A stretch of 64,000 nt of DNA from NCBI GenBank assembly GCA_028534125.1, contig CM052816.1, forward strand, positions 78,432,001 through 78,496,000, in the 5' to 3' direction. Position 1 is the first letter of the stretch. Each line of letters starts with the position of its first letter. The position numbers and the translations under genes are program-made. Positions 38,500 to 51,600 of this stretch are shown here, in pieces. Source of the stretch: Lama glama (Eukaryota). The notes under the pieces were generated by a model. That model was not told where the DNA came from, ran no database searches, and saw nothing but the letters and a program-made list of their open reading frames with translations.

Positions 38500-39759
38500 T
38501 ATCTATCTATCTATCTTTCTTTCTTTCTCTTTTCCGATCACCACCATAAATTTAGTGAACATCCATCATCTCATATAGATATAAAGTAAAAGAAAAAGAA
38601 AAAAGTTTTCCTTGTAATGAACACTTTTAGGATCTACTCTCTTAACAACTTTAATATATAATATACAGCAATGTTAATTATATTTATCATACTGCACATT
38701 ACACCTCTAATACTTTTTTATCTTTCAACTGGAAATTTCTTTTGACCACCTTCATCCAATTCTCCCTCCCTCCACCCCCTGCCTCTGTCAATTACAAATC
38801 TGATCCTTTCTCTTGAGTTTTCTTGTTTGTTTGTTTTTGAAGTATAATTGACCTATAACACTACGTTAGTTACTGTTGCACAACATAGTGGTTTGATATT
38901 TCTATACATTTCAAAATGATCACCACAGGAAGTGTAGTTATCGTACCAATATATTACATTATTACTAACTAAATTCCCCACACCATACATTTCATCTGTG
39001 ACTCATCTATTTGCTAACTGGAAGTTTGTACCGCAGTCTTTCTCACCTGTGGCATTCATCCCTCCACTACCACCCTGCTCCCCTCTGGCAACCACCTTTT
39101 TGTTCTCTGTATCTATGACTATTTCTGTCTTCTTATGTTTGTGCATGTGTTTCGTTTTTCCACATATAAGTGAAATCATACGGTATTTATCTTTCTCTGT
39201 CTGACTTACTCCACTTAGCATAGTACCCTCTAGGTCCATCCACATTGTCGCAAATGGCAAGATTTCATTCTTTTTTGACTGAGTAAAACACACACACACA
39301 CACCTCCCACATACACACCCACATCTTTATCCCATTCATCAATTTATGGGCACTTAGGTTGCTTCCATCCCTTAGCTATTGAGAATAATGCACTGAATAT
39401 AACAGTGCATATCTTTCTAATTAGTGTTTTTGTTCTTTTTGGGAAAATACCTAGAAGTGGAATTGCTGGATTGTATGGCACTTCTATTTTTAATTTTTTG
39501 AGGAACCTCCATATTGTTTTCCATAGTGGCTACACCAATTTACATTCTCACCAATGATGCATGAGAATTCCCTTTTTTCCACATCCTCCCCAACATTTAT
39601 TTGTTGATTTTTTGATCATAACCATTCTGACAGGTGTGAATAATATCTCATTGTGGTTTTGATTTGCATTTCCCTGATTAGTGATGTTGAACATCTTTTC
39701 ATGTGCCGGTTGGCCATCTGTATGAATTCTTTAGGAAAATTTCTATTCAGGTCCTCTGT
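38500..39759 (-). mobile_element. 5'-truncated LINE-1 (ORF2 C-terminus plus 3' UTR), sense to NIPBL
   Basis: ORF 39003..39299 KKNEILPFATMWMDLEGTMLSGVSQTEKDKY is the L1 ORF2 C-terminus; probable TSD ctggctatttt / ctggctacttt. Confidence 0.9.
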
Positions 39760-40019
39760 CTGGCTACTTTGAATTTTGATCCTTATTATGTGACACAGTC
39801 TCTAGGAACAATGAATTCTTTAAGACACCTCAGTAGGAGAATAAATGGAATATGTTCCAGATACTTTAAAAAATTTCTCCAATTCAATGGCTTAAGATCA
39901 TTAAAGTATTTAAAAGAGCAACTGAGAAAGGGTACATACAGAAGATACCAAAAAAAAAAAATCACTTGTGTATAATATGCTAATATTAATGATCCCTTTT
40001 CTGTCCTAATCCATTCAAA

Positions 40020-40680
40020 GATGTCTTTCCAGCAACTCTTCTCTCTCCTACATCAAAACACTCCCTCTTACTGGATCATTCTAATTAATATGTAAACATC
40101 TATGTTGATAACTCCTCCTACTCTCACAAAAACAAAACAAAGTAAAAAAAACTCTTGACTCCTATACCTGCCCCCCCAAACAATTGCTTAATTTTCTGCT
40201 TGCTTTCACAGCAAAGTTCCTTCAGCTATCTATATTCATCTCCAGTTCTTCTCCTACCTTCTCTTGAAACCACATTGTATGTGTTTTGATTCTCATCATT
40301 TCACCAGATGTCTTGCCATGGTTAGTAATAGCATGCATCACATTGCTTAACACAATGGACAAACTTCAGATCTCGTATTATTTAACCTAGTATTCAACAG
40401 ACTTGAGCACTCTCTCCTGTTTGAAGAATTCTTATTTTCCATAACAACATATTCTCCTGGTTTTTCTTCACACTACGCAGGCCACTCCTGAATCCTATTT
40501 TGGTTCCTTCTCATCTTCCTGTCCTACCTCTGCTATTGATCTCATTTGACCTCACGATTTTAAAACAACACCTGTATGCTGATGACTCTAAAATTGACTA
40601 AACTTGACTTCTCTTCTATACACCAGACTCATATATTCAACTGCCTACTCAACATTTCTGCTTTGATGTCCAGTAAGTAC
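40020..40680 (+). mobile_element. LINE-2 fragment (RT region)
   Basis: ttcacagcaaagttcc, cactctctcctgtttgaa, attctcctggtttttctt, ctgtatgctgatgactc and ccagactcatatattcaactgcctactcaacat are L2 motifs. Confidence 0.75.
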
Positions 40681-41300
40681 AGAGATTGGCAATCTTACTA
40701 CTACCGTTTGAAAGTATGATTTATATGCTTCAGATAAAAGTCCTTTATTAGATACTATTTTGCAAATATTATATCCCCATCTTTTGTTTGCCTTTTCATT
40801 CTCTTAATATCTTTTGAAATTATGATGAAGTCCAATGTATCAATGTGCTGTTTTTAGGATGGTGGTGGTGGTGGGGTCTAACTACAAAGGAGCATTTAGA
40901 AACTTTCTGGTGTGATGAAAATGTTCTATGTCATGAAGGCATACTGGTTACATGAGTATGCCTACTTGTCAAAATTATAAAGTTAAGATCTCTGTTTTTT
41001 ACCAAACTACAAAAAACTGCAAAAGTAATAATGATGATAATTTAGCAGTGGTTAGAGAATGGATGAAAGTACAGATGAAATTAAAATGACAGCAAATGAT
41101 TACCATTAAAGTTGGGTGATGAATATTGGGCATTCACTATACTCTTCTGTTTACCTCGCATGTACTTAAAATTTTCAGTAATAAACAGTTTTTTTTTTAA
41201 ATTAAGGGAATTTTTTTGTTGGGTACAAAATATTGTCTCATACTCCAGTTGGTATTAATTAAAGTCTTCTTTTTATCAGACCTACTACTGACAAACCATG

Positions 41301-41672
41301 TGCTATAAACTGACATCTGTGTCCTCCGCACCTCCCAAAATTTGTGTGCTGAAACGAAATCCCCAATGTGATAGTATTTGGAGGTGGGGCCATTGGGAGT
41401 TGATTACATCATGAGGGTAGAATTCTCATGAATGGGATTAATGCCCTCATAAAAGAGACTACAGAGAGCTTCTCTGCCCTTCCTCCATGTGAAAACCCAG
41501 CAAGAAGACAGCTATCTATGAAATAGGAAGTGGATCCTCACAAAACATTAAATGTGCTGTGACCTTGATTTTGGACTTCTCAGCCTCCAAAACTGTAAGA
41601 TATAAATTTCTGTTGTTTATAAGCCACCCAGTCTATGATATTTTGTTATAACAGCCCAAATGGACTAAGATA
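41301..41672 (+). mobile_element. MLT1A-like MaLR solo LTR
   Basis: tgctat...aatccccaatgtgatagtatttggaggtggggcc...ttctgttgtttataagccacccagtctatg...aaatggactaagata. Confidence 0.85.
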
Positions 41673-42799
41673 TGATATTTCCCTCAGGCTTTATTTGTAA
41701 TTGGTACAACCAACCAATGAAACGAAAAAAAACAACCCCCACCCCAAATCTAACAACAAGAAAAAAAATCCACAAAAGAATTCAAGAGATCCAAATACAA
41801 TCATTAAATAATATAACTTATGAATTTGAACAGATATTGGGATAACTTTTCAGGGAAGATAACCTTTTAAAAAGTTAATTTAAAACCATTAACAAACAAC
41901 TTCATATTAAGGAGCTGAATTTCTTTTTAAAAATCACATCCTAAATGCACAATATGGTAAAAGCAAATCTACAAGACAGCAATCCAAATATACAGTTCTC
42001 TAACAGTATGGTTTAATCTAAGCGTAAAATTTTAAATATTCAGAGAAATGGACAGAATGGCACCATTAGCTAGTCCTCAATACATTAATAATACATTTTC
42101 TCAAGACTGGATTTTTGAAAAACTAAGCTAATCTAGAATACCTGATAGAGTGCAAACATTTAGTATCACCAACAGCAGATATATATGTTTTATCAATCAA
42201 TCAAGGCAAGGAAAATTAAGATAATTTTATAGAGTCTAAGAAGCTTATCTCAAATATGTTCTACTTCTACACAGAAACCTTAGGCAGGTTAGAATCTTCT
42301 TCAAGAAAAGTATGATGCTGCTCTAAGACATTAGATGAATGAGTGGATCATGGTTCCAAACTTCTACTAACTTTAGATAATGCTGTATTACTGCAACTTT
42401 CAGAATCTGAAAGCCAATTATATATAACCTCTTACTCTAGACAATAGTTTATATTGCCTATACTATTTAACACACCACAAATTCTCCTTTACAGAAGACT
42501 GTGTGTGTGTGTGTGTGTGTCACACACACACTTACTAGGCTAATTGTAGGCAGTATGCAGCCTATATTCTGAGCTATGGAGGGAGAGAAAAAAATTTGTA
42601 TTCCTTGCTAACCATGTGCCAGGCCCTGTGCTAGTTGCTTTACATTCTTCTTCTCATTTTATTTTTCATTTAATCTTCATAATAACCCAAGGAATAAGTC
42701 TCATTTTCATTTCAAAGATGGGAAGAGAACAAACTTCAACTGTCCAAAGTATAATTAGTTAGGATGTAGAATCAGGGTTCAAAATCAATTTGTCATCAT

Positions 42800-43663
42800 T
42801 CAGCTATAAAAGTTATGAAATGGCTCTTAAACACAAAAAAGATGCTCAACCTTACTCTTAATATATGAGAAATATAAATTAAAACTACACTGAGATAGAA
42901 TTCTTGCCAACCTGATAAATGAGAACTATTAAGACATTCTGTTGTTGAGGCTGTGGAGAAACTTCACCCTCATACATTGCTGTAGGATGCAAAATGGAGT
43001 TGCATTCAGCAATATCTAATAAAAGTATGTATGCATTTATGTAAACTTTTGACTCAGTAATCCCACTTCTGGAAATTTACCCTCCACAAATATCTAAAAT
43101 ATATGCACAATGTTATTCATTACAACATTGTTTGTAACAGAAAAATTCGGAAACAACCTACTGCTCAAGCATGGGAAATTGACTGAAAAAACCAAAGTAC
43201 ATCCACATCATGGAATATTATGTAGCAGTTAAAAAGAATGAGAGATAACTATGAACTAATATGGGGTAGTTCCCAGGATAACCTAAGTGAAAAAAGTAAG
43301 GTGCAAAATAAGTGAATACAGAGGAAAATCTTTCTCTAATAAAGCAGGAGAAACAAGAAAATGTATAGGTATTACTTAATCATAAAAAAAATCAGAAAAT
43401 ATAAACTCAAAAGTAATGAAATTATTATCCATGGGAAGGTAGGAATGAGATGGTAGCAGAACTTCAGAGCATACTGTCCTAATATAGTTTTGACTTTTGA
43501 AGCATGTAAATGTTATATTAAAAATCAATATTAAATTAAAGTGAATAAAAAAGTAAACTAAAATCAAACATAAGCAGCGTAACTGTATTACCAAATAATA
43601 ACAACCACACAAAAAATTTAATCCAAGTAATTCTGATCACAGTAGTCTGACCGTATACTATTA
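42800..43663 (+). mobile_element. Old LINE-1 (L1MC-like) 3' fragment, interrupted by the MLT1 LTR
   Basis: aaaagatgctcaacc, catacattgctg, cagtaatcccacttctggaaattta, ggaatattatgtagcagttaaaaagaatgag. Confidence 0.75.
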
Positions 43664-43668
43664 CTGGG

Positions 43669-44095
43669 TTTGGGGGGTTGAATTGTGGTCTCCTCCAACA
43701 ACCTATGAGTGTGACCTTATTTGGAAAAAGGGTCTTTCAAATATAAGGATCTCAAGATAAAATCATCCTGAATTTAGAGTGGGTTCCAAATCCGTTGAAT
43801 GAGTCCTTAAAGTTAGAAACGGTAAACACAATGACATACAGAGAAGAAGGCCACATGAAGATGAAGGCACAGATTGCAGTAAAGCAGCCACAAACCAAGA
43901 AATGGCTGAAGCCACCAGAAGCTTGTAAGAGAAGCAAGGAAGAATTCTTCCAGAGAGCCTCTGGAGGGAGAATAGGACTGCAAACACCTTGATTTTAGAC
44001 TTTTGGCCTCTAGAACTGTAAGAGAATAAATTCCTGTTGTTTTAAGCCACAAAATCTGTGGTAATTTATTACGGCAGTCCTGGTAAACTAATACA
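43669..44095 (+). mobile_element. MLT1B/C-like MaLR solo LTR with a perfect 5-bp TSD (CTGGG)
   Basis: gtgaccttatttggaaaaagggtcttt...gttttaagccac...aaactaataca; CTGGG at 43664-43668 and 44096-44100. Confidence 0.88.
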
Positions 44096-44199
44096 CTGGG
44101 ATATTCTAAGAACAGAAAGGATTGAAGAGAAATCCCGAAACTTGACTGGTGTGTTTTATTTTGGCCGTAGTGTTGATATAGCAATTCAAATACAATATG

Positions 44200-45150
44200 A
44201 TCTTGGAAGCCAAGTGAAGAACATCTTCCAGGGCAAATAAGTCAGCAAATGTGTCACTTACTATTGAAATGTGAGAACTGACCACTGGACTTGGCAACAT
44301 GGCAGTCACTGGTAACCCTGAGAAAACTGATTTCAGAAGTGATGGAATGTAACAGCAAAAACTTATTTCAGTTAGGCTTAAGAAAGAACTGTAGGAGAGG
44401 AATAAAAAAGTGAATTACAGACAAATGTCTATAAAGGGGAGCTGAGAATTCAAGCAGTAGCAGGAGGGTGAAGAGCTTTTTGTTTGAAATGGCAGAAATA
44501 ATATGTTTATACACTCATGAAGATGAACAAATCAAGTGGAGAGAAAAAATATGATACAAAAGAAAGAGGAGAAATTACAGAAGTGATATATTTGAGTATG
44601 GGAGAGAGTAAGACCCTAGTGGAAGGTCTGGCTTTAGGAACTTGGAAAGTTCATCTGTAGTAACAGAAGGGAAAGTAGAGTATATATAAGTAGAGAGAGT
44701 GGTAAGTAGAGAGGTAAACAAATGCAATGCCAGGTACTTGTGAAAATTCTCTTTCTGATTGCTTCAATAGCCTCAAGTACAGGAAGTAAGTTCATCAGCT
44801 AAGATTAAAGTGAGAAGGAAATGCTGGAGGTTTTCAGGAGAGGGAAGAAATTATGAAACAGTCAATCAGGAAAGTGAAAGGATCAAGTAAGTGTGGTACA
44901 ACTGCTGGAAAGGTTAGGAGTACACTGTCATTATTTTAGAGTGAGACTAGCCATCATAGTTTTACTATTTTTCTCCCGTCCCATTCAGCTTTATGAGTGA
45001 TATTTAACCATAGCTGTACTTTCGCCAAGACAGGGAAGGGCAAAGGAACTAAAGATGTATGCAAGGGAGTGATCATGAGTGACCTTTGCATTTAAGATAT
45101 AAGGAGAGAAACAGGGGTATCAGGGTGAAGAAAATCAGTATTGCAACATT
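44200..45150 (-). mobile_element. LINE-2 fragment
   Basis: Purine-rich; actgaccactggacttggcaacatggcagtcactggtaaccctgag is the antisense L2 motif; ends approximate. Confidence 0.65.
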
Positions 45151-45155
45151 CAATA

Positions 45156-45360
45156 CAGTTGACCCTAGACCAATATGGGTTTGAACTGTGTGGGTCCGCT
45201 CACGCAGTGGATTTTTTTCAGTAGTAAATATAGTACTACACAATCCGTGGTTGGTTGAATCTGCAGATGCAACACTGTGGATGTTGAAGGCCAACTATGA
45301 GACTTAAGTATCCTTCGAGGGTCCTGGAACTAATTCCCTGTGGATACTGAGGGACGACTC
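45156..45360. mobile_element. MER8/Tigger2-type MITE
   Basis: TA-cagttgaccctagaccaatatgggtttgaactg...ggatactgagggacgactc-TA: terminal inverted repeats and TA TSD. Confidence 0.8.
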
Positions 45361-45852
45361 TACCTGTGAATAAGTCCCATCCTCCAACAACTTAATCCTT
45401 TGGCTTCTGTAACCCTATCTTCTCTCTCATATCTTACTGATTAACTCTTCACTGATTCCACTTTCTCCAGTGGTTTATTATCTGTCATCATTTCTCAAGT
45501 CTAGTTACTCAATCCTATGTATACTTTCTCCAAAACTCAATTATGTTCATGGCTTCTGAAAGACATGTATGGCTTTATTATATAAGAATTCATTTACGAT
45601 TCTTCACTGGCATTTCAAACTCTTACAATACCAATGTGTTAATATGTCTGATATTCAACAATCATTTCCCTCAAATGTTAGCACCTCAGTAACACTTCTA
45701 AAATGAAAACCTGTAATCTTGTAAGTTCTATCACTGTTCCCATTTATTAGTAATCCAAACTCGCAGGTTATAAACATCAAAAAAAAAAATCTGTTATCAT
45801 CTATGTGATTAGCCAATTCTCCCTTTCCTGTTCTACTGCTCTAATCCTAATT

Positions 45853-45899
45853 AAAAACAAAAACAAAAACAAAAACAAAAACAAAAACAAAAACAAAAA
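45853..45899. repeat. (AAAAAC)n hexanucleotide microsatellite
   Basis: About 7 perfect units seen directly. Confidence 0.92.
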
Positions 45900-47664
45900 G
45901 ACTCACTATCAGGCACTTGGGATTATTCTAATTACCAAGTAGATTGTCTTTTTTTTAAACTTTAGAACTTCTCTACTTTCAGCTGTCCTTCATACAGGTA
46001 TGCAATGAATTCCCTTAAACAATTGTTTTTATTATTTACTTCCATAATTAACTACAATAAAAACAACATCTACAAATTTACTTCCAAAGCCTTTATCCTC
46101 ACATTCAATCTCCATATTTATAGTTTTTTTTCCAATTATATTGTCCCCTATTCCAACATAAACTGCCTATTCTTGCCAGATTGCTCTTTTCACTGTTCCC
46201 AAAACACGCTATCCTCAAATCTTGCACCAATACATTTCTTTACACTGTTCCTTTTTCTTTTCTATATCAAACCAATTCTACCCATCCTTCAAGCTCCACT
46301 GCCTCCTTGAAATCCTCCTCTACTACTGTACTTCACAATCTTTTCCTTTAATGAACTCTTGTGTTACATGCATACAAGTCAGGATCTGGCCATGCATAGT
46401 TATACTCTCTCTAATCATTTCATTGGCTCCTTAAGGGCAAGATCTTGTCTCAAATTTTTTCCCCATCTTCCCATAATACTTAGCACAGTGATGGTCATAT
46501 GATTAGTAGGTTAAACTGAAATGAAAACAGTGGAAAACTGCTAGAAGATGAATTAAACAAAAAACTCAAGGCCTTACACAATCAAACACTTGATAAAAAG
46601 TTTGAAATATGGATGCTAAGCAGTTCATATTTAAGCTGATGACATCAGGGAGTTGTAACTGAACACAATCAGATGATCTTAAAACTACAATCTTCACATG
46701 TTAAGCTTACATTAGCATCCTCATTTTTGCTTTTATTGGAAAGGGAACCACGTTTAACAGAGTTAAAATATCAGTTAAACTCTAGAATTTTCCTCCACTT
46801 TTTCAACAATCTTATTAAGAAGAGTAGAAAAATCAGAGTTGAACTTTTATACAGATTGGAAATTTAAAGTCCTCGGAAAACTCTAGACTGAAACTTAAAA
46901 CAGTTCCATAAAAAGCTAAAAATATTACTAACTTCTTACTTACCAACATAAATGCTGTATAATTGATGAGGGAACAAGGAAGGTTAAATAATCAAATCCA
47001 CTTGGTATCTTATCTGCGTTGAATTAAATGGAATCTCCTAATTTTCAGTAATGATTTCTGAAATCACAATTTAAAATCTGCTCAGTCTTAGATTTAATTA
47101 CATTAAAATTTAATTCTTTATCAAAAATTATCATTAAATTGATATTAAAAACAAACTTATACTTTCAGCATGTTATGGCTCCTAAATTTACAAGGCTCCT
47201 TTTCCTTCTTAAAATCAGATTAAGTTCTCTAAGATCAAGGCCCAGAAAAGAAAAATGTCTCTACTACTATCTGATCAAATATCAGCCAACAATAAGTGAA
47301 TATGTTTTAAATATCCACTATGCAAATGTTTCAAATTAAATATAATTTCCACAGATACTTTTGAACTAATAGAGAATTTTTAAAGTAGGAGAAAATTTAA
47401 GAGTTACTAGTCCAACATGCTTATTTTATATAAGAACCAAGAATGATGCATATTTATAAAATTTGGGAGTAGGAGTGAGAACTAGCATTACTATAGCAGC
47501 TGTAATGGGGAAACTGGGAATTTATTATAACTATGAAACTCACATCATAACAGAACTTAGCTTCTGATACCACATTTAGTTAGGTATAAATTTTATTAAA
47601 TACTGATATGGACAATTAACTACCATGGAAAACACACTAGAACTAACCATATTATACCTTAGAA

Positions 47665-48575
47665 ATATAAAATAAAATGGGCAGAAGACCTGAATAGACA
47701 TTTTTCCAAAGAAGACATACAGATGGCCAAGAGGCATATGAAAAGATGGTCAACATCACTAATCATCAGGGAAATGCAAATCAAAACCAAAATGAGGTAT
47801 CATCTCACACCTATCAGAATGGCTACTATCAAAAAGACTATAAACAACAAATGTTGGTGAGGATGTGCAGAAAAGGGAACCCTTGTGCACTTTTGGTGGA
47901 AAATGCAACTCAGTGGAGCCACTGTGGAAAATAGTATGGAGGTTTCTCAAAAAACTAAAAAGAGAACTACCATATAATCCAACAATTCTACTCCTGGGTA
48001 TGTATCTGAAAAAAACAAAAGCATCAATTCAAAAAGATATATGCACCTTAATGTCCACAGCAGCATTACCTACAATAGCCAAGATACAGAAGCAACCTAA
48101 GTGTCCATCACAGATGAACAGATAAAGTATATATATACATAAATACAGTGGCATACTACTTAGCCATAAAAAATGGAATTTTGCCATTTGCAATAACATG
48201 GATGGGCTTGAAGGGCATGGTGAAATAAGTGAGAGAAAGACAAATACAGTATGATACTACTTATATGTGGAATCTAAAAAACTATAACAAACTTGTAGTA
48301 TAACAAAACAGATACAGAAAACCAGTGGCTACCAGTGGGAAAAGGGGGAGGGGCATGATGGGGATGGGGGACTAAGAGGTACAAAGTATCAGATATGAAA
48401 TAAATACACTACCAGGATATATTATACAGCACAGGGAATACAGCCAGTATCTTTATAATAACTATAAATGGAATATAACCTTTAAAAATTGTGACTATGT
48501 CATACACCTGAAACTTACGTCAGTTATAACTATACTATACCTCAATTAAAACGAATAAAAACAAAACAGAAAAGA
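47665..48575 (+). mobile_element. 5'-truncated LINE-1 (ORF2 C-terminus plus 3' UTR)
   Basis: ORF 47865..48125 [29 protein letters not shown]...KQPKCPS matches the L1 ORF2 C-terminus; A-rich tail. Confidence 0.92.
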
Positions 48576-48699
48576 AATACAAGCAAAATTATCAATGCAT
48601 AAACACTTATGATTACTTAGAAAATAATTTAATTTAATACTACCACTCTAGAGAAATCTAGTTTAACTTTCATTTTCCACTACTGTATTAGGATAAAAT

Positions 48700-51600
48700 T
48701 CAACTATAAAAGGAGACTATGATAAACTGAGATGCACACTGTAATCCCTACAGCAACCTCTAAGAAAATAACTTTAAAGTGGTTTAATAAAAAAGAATTT
48801 AAATAGTACACTAAAATAATAGTTAACATAATCACATCAATAATCACATTAAATGGGACTAGATTACATATGCCACTCAAAAGGCAAGACATTGTAATAC
48901 TGCATAAACTAACAAGACCCAGCTAACATTACTCCCATAAAAGACACATTTTAGATTCAAGGATACAAACAAGTTGGAAGTAAAGATGCAAACAGGTTGG
49001 AAGTAAAAGAAAGGAAAAGATATCCCATTATAAACAATAACAATAACAAAGCTGAAGTGGCTATATCAATAACAGATGAAACAGACTTTGAGATAAACAG
49101 TACTAAAGACAAGAGGGATTATTTCATAATGATAAAAGAGTCAGTAATACATCAGGAAGATATAACATTCATAAATGTATTCATTCATGCCTAACAACAG
49201 AGCTGCCAATACATGAAGCAAAAACTGACAGAAATTAATGAACAAACAGAACTAGAGAGAAAATCAGCAAGGATGCAAAAGACTTGAATACTATCAACCA
49301 ACTTGACCTAACTTACATTTTTATAACACTCCACCCAAAGACTGTTCAAAATACACATTACTTTTAAACACACATAGAACATTCTCCAAAACTGACCACA
49401 TACAAATCTAAATAAATTTAGAACCATAAAACAAATGTTCCCTGACAATAACAGAGTAAAATTAAAAATCTGTAACAGAAAGAGATCTGGGAAAACTCCT
49501 GGGTCAAAGATGGTATCAAAAGGGAAATTAAATATTTGAAACTGAACAAAAAATGAAACATAACATATCAAACTTTATGGGATGCAATTAAAGCAGTGCT
49601 TATTGGATTATTTATAGATTCAAATGCCTATTATCAGAAAAGAACAGTCTCAAATCAATAACCTAAGTTTTCACACCTTAAGAATCCAGAAAAAGCAAAT
49701 TAAATCCAAAGCAAGAAAAAGAAATAATAAAGATTAGGGTAAAAATGAATGAAACAAAATCCAGAAAAACAAGAAGAGGAAATACCAATGACTTCAAAAG
49801 TTGGTTCTTTGGGGATAACAAACAAAAAACAAACCCTCCCCCAAACCTCCCCAAAAAACAAAAACAAACAAAAAAACCAGACAAACCCTTAGATAGAATG
49901 ACCAGGAAAATAAGAAGAGTAGGCACAAATTACCAAAATCAGAAATGGAAAAGAAGAAACCACTGCCGACTCTATAGAAACTAAAAGGATGATAAAGGAA
50001 TACTATGAACAAATTCAAATGAACAAATAAGAGAACTTATACTAAAAAGAAAATTCTAGAAAGACACAACTATCAGAACTGACTACAAGAGGGGGTGGGG
50101 ATATAGTTCAATGGCTACACTGCTTAGCATACATGAAGTCCTGGGTTCAATCCCTAGTACCTCTATTCAAGACCATTAAAAAAACACCAACAAATAAATA
50201 ATTAATAAAAAAAAAAACCCAACTGACTATAAGCAATAGGAAATCTGAACAGATCTGTAACAGTCAAGGACACTGAACTACATATTAAAACTCTTCACAC
50301 TAAGAAAAGCCTGCAAACAGATGGTTTAACTGATGAAGCTCACGAAATACACATAAGAAACAACTCATTTTATGAGCTATTATCCTATACCAAAACCAGA
50401 CATACACAAGAAAACTACAAATCAATATTCCTCATTAACACAGATACAAAAATTCTTAAAAAATTAGCAAACTGAATTCAACAACCTATTAAAATGGATT
50501 ATATTTTATTACCCACTGAGATTTATCCTGAGAATGCAAGTTAGGCTAACTATTTGAAAATCAATTAATGTAAAACATTACATTCATAGAATAGAGAACA
50601 AAAACAACATGATCATTTCAATAAAGTGCAGGGAAAAGCACATGGATAAAATCCAATACATGTTCACTATAAAAATGCTCAAAAACTAGAAACAGAGAAG
50701 AACTTCTTCAACTTATTAAAGGACACCTATGAAAAGTCTACAGCAAACATCACACTTAATGATAAAGTTTTCCCCTAAATAACAGAGGAGCAGGGATGTC
50801 TGTACTTACTATTTCTACTGAATGTTGTACTGTAGGTTCTAGCCAGTGCAATAATGTCAAAAAATTAACTAAAAATTAAATTTATAAAATTAAACACATA
50901 TTACATGCATTCAGATTACAAAAGAATAAGTTAAACTGCTTATTACCAGATGACATTATCCTGCATGTGGAAAATCCTAAGAAGCCACTAAAAAACTGCT
51001 AGAATGAAAGAACAAGCTTAGTAAGGTCACAAGATATAAGATTAATATACAAAAACTAATTCCATTTCTATATTCTTACAAAATGTGAAAGTGAAATTAA
51101 GAAAACAATTCCATTCAAAACAGCATCACAAAGATCACTTAGAAAAAACTTTCAAAAGAAGTAAAGGAAGTATAAGATTTGTACAATGTTATAAAACACT
51201 GTTCAGAGAAAAAGATAAACAGAGAAACATTCTATGCTTATGGACCAACTGACTGATTATTATTAATATGGCAGTTTTCCTCAAATTCATCTATAGATTC
51301 AACACAATTCTTTTCAAAATCCCAGCAGGCTTTTTTAAAAAAAGAAAAATAAACTGATCCTAACTTTATAGTGAAGTCAAAGGATGTAGAATAGCCGAAA
51401 AAATTTGAAAAAGAGCAATGAAGTTGGAGGACTTACGGTACCCAATTTCAAAACATAGTATGAAACTACAGTAATCAAGACAGTGTAGTATTAATATAAG
51501 GATATAAGGACAGTTCAATGACGAGAACTGAGAGTCCAGAAATAAATCTTATATTTATGTTTCATTGATTTTTCAAAAAACTGTCAAGATAATCAATGCG

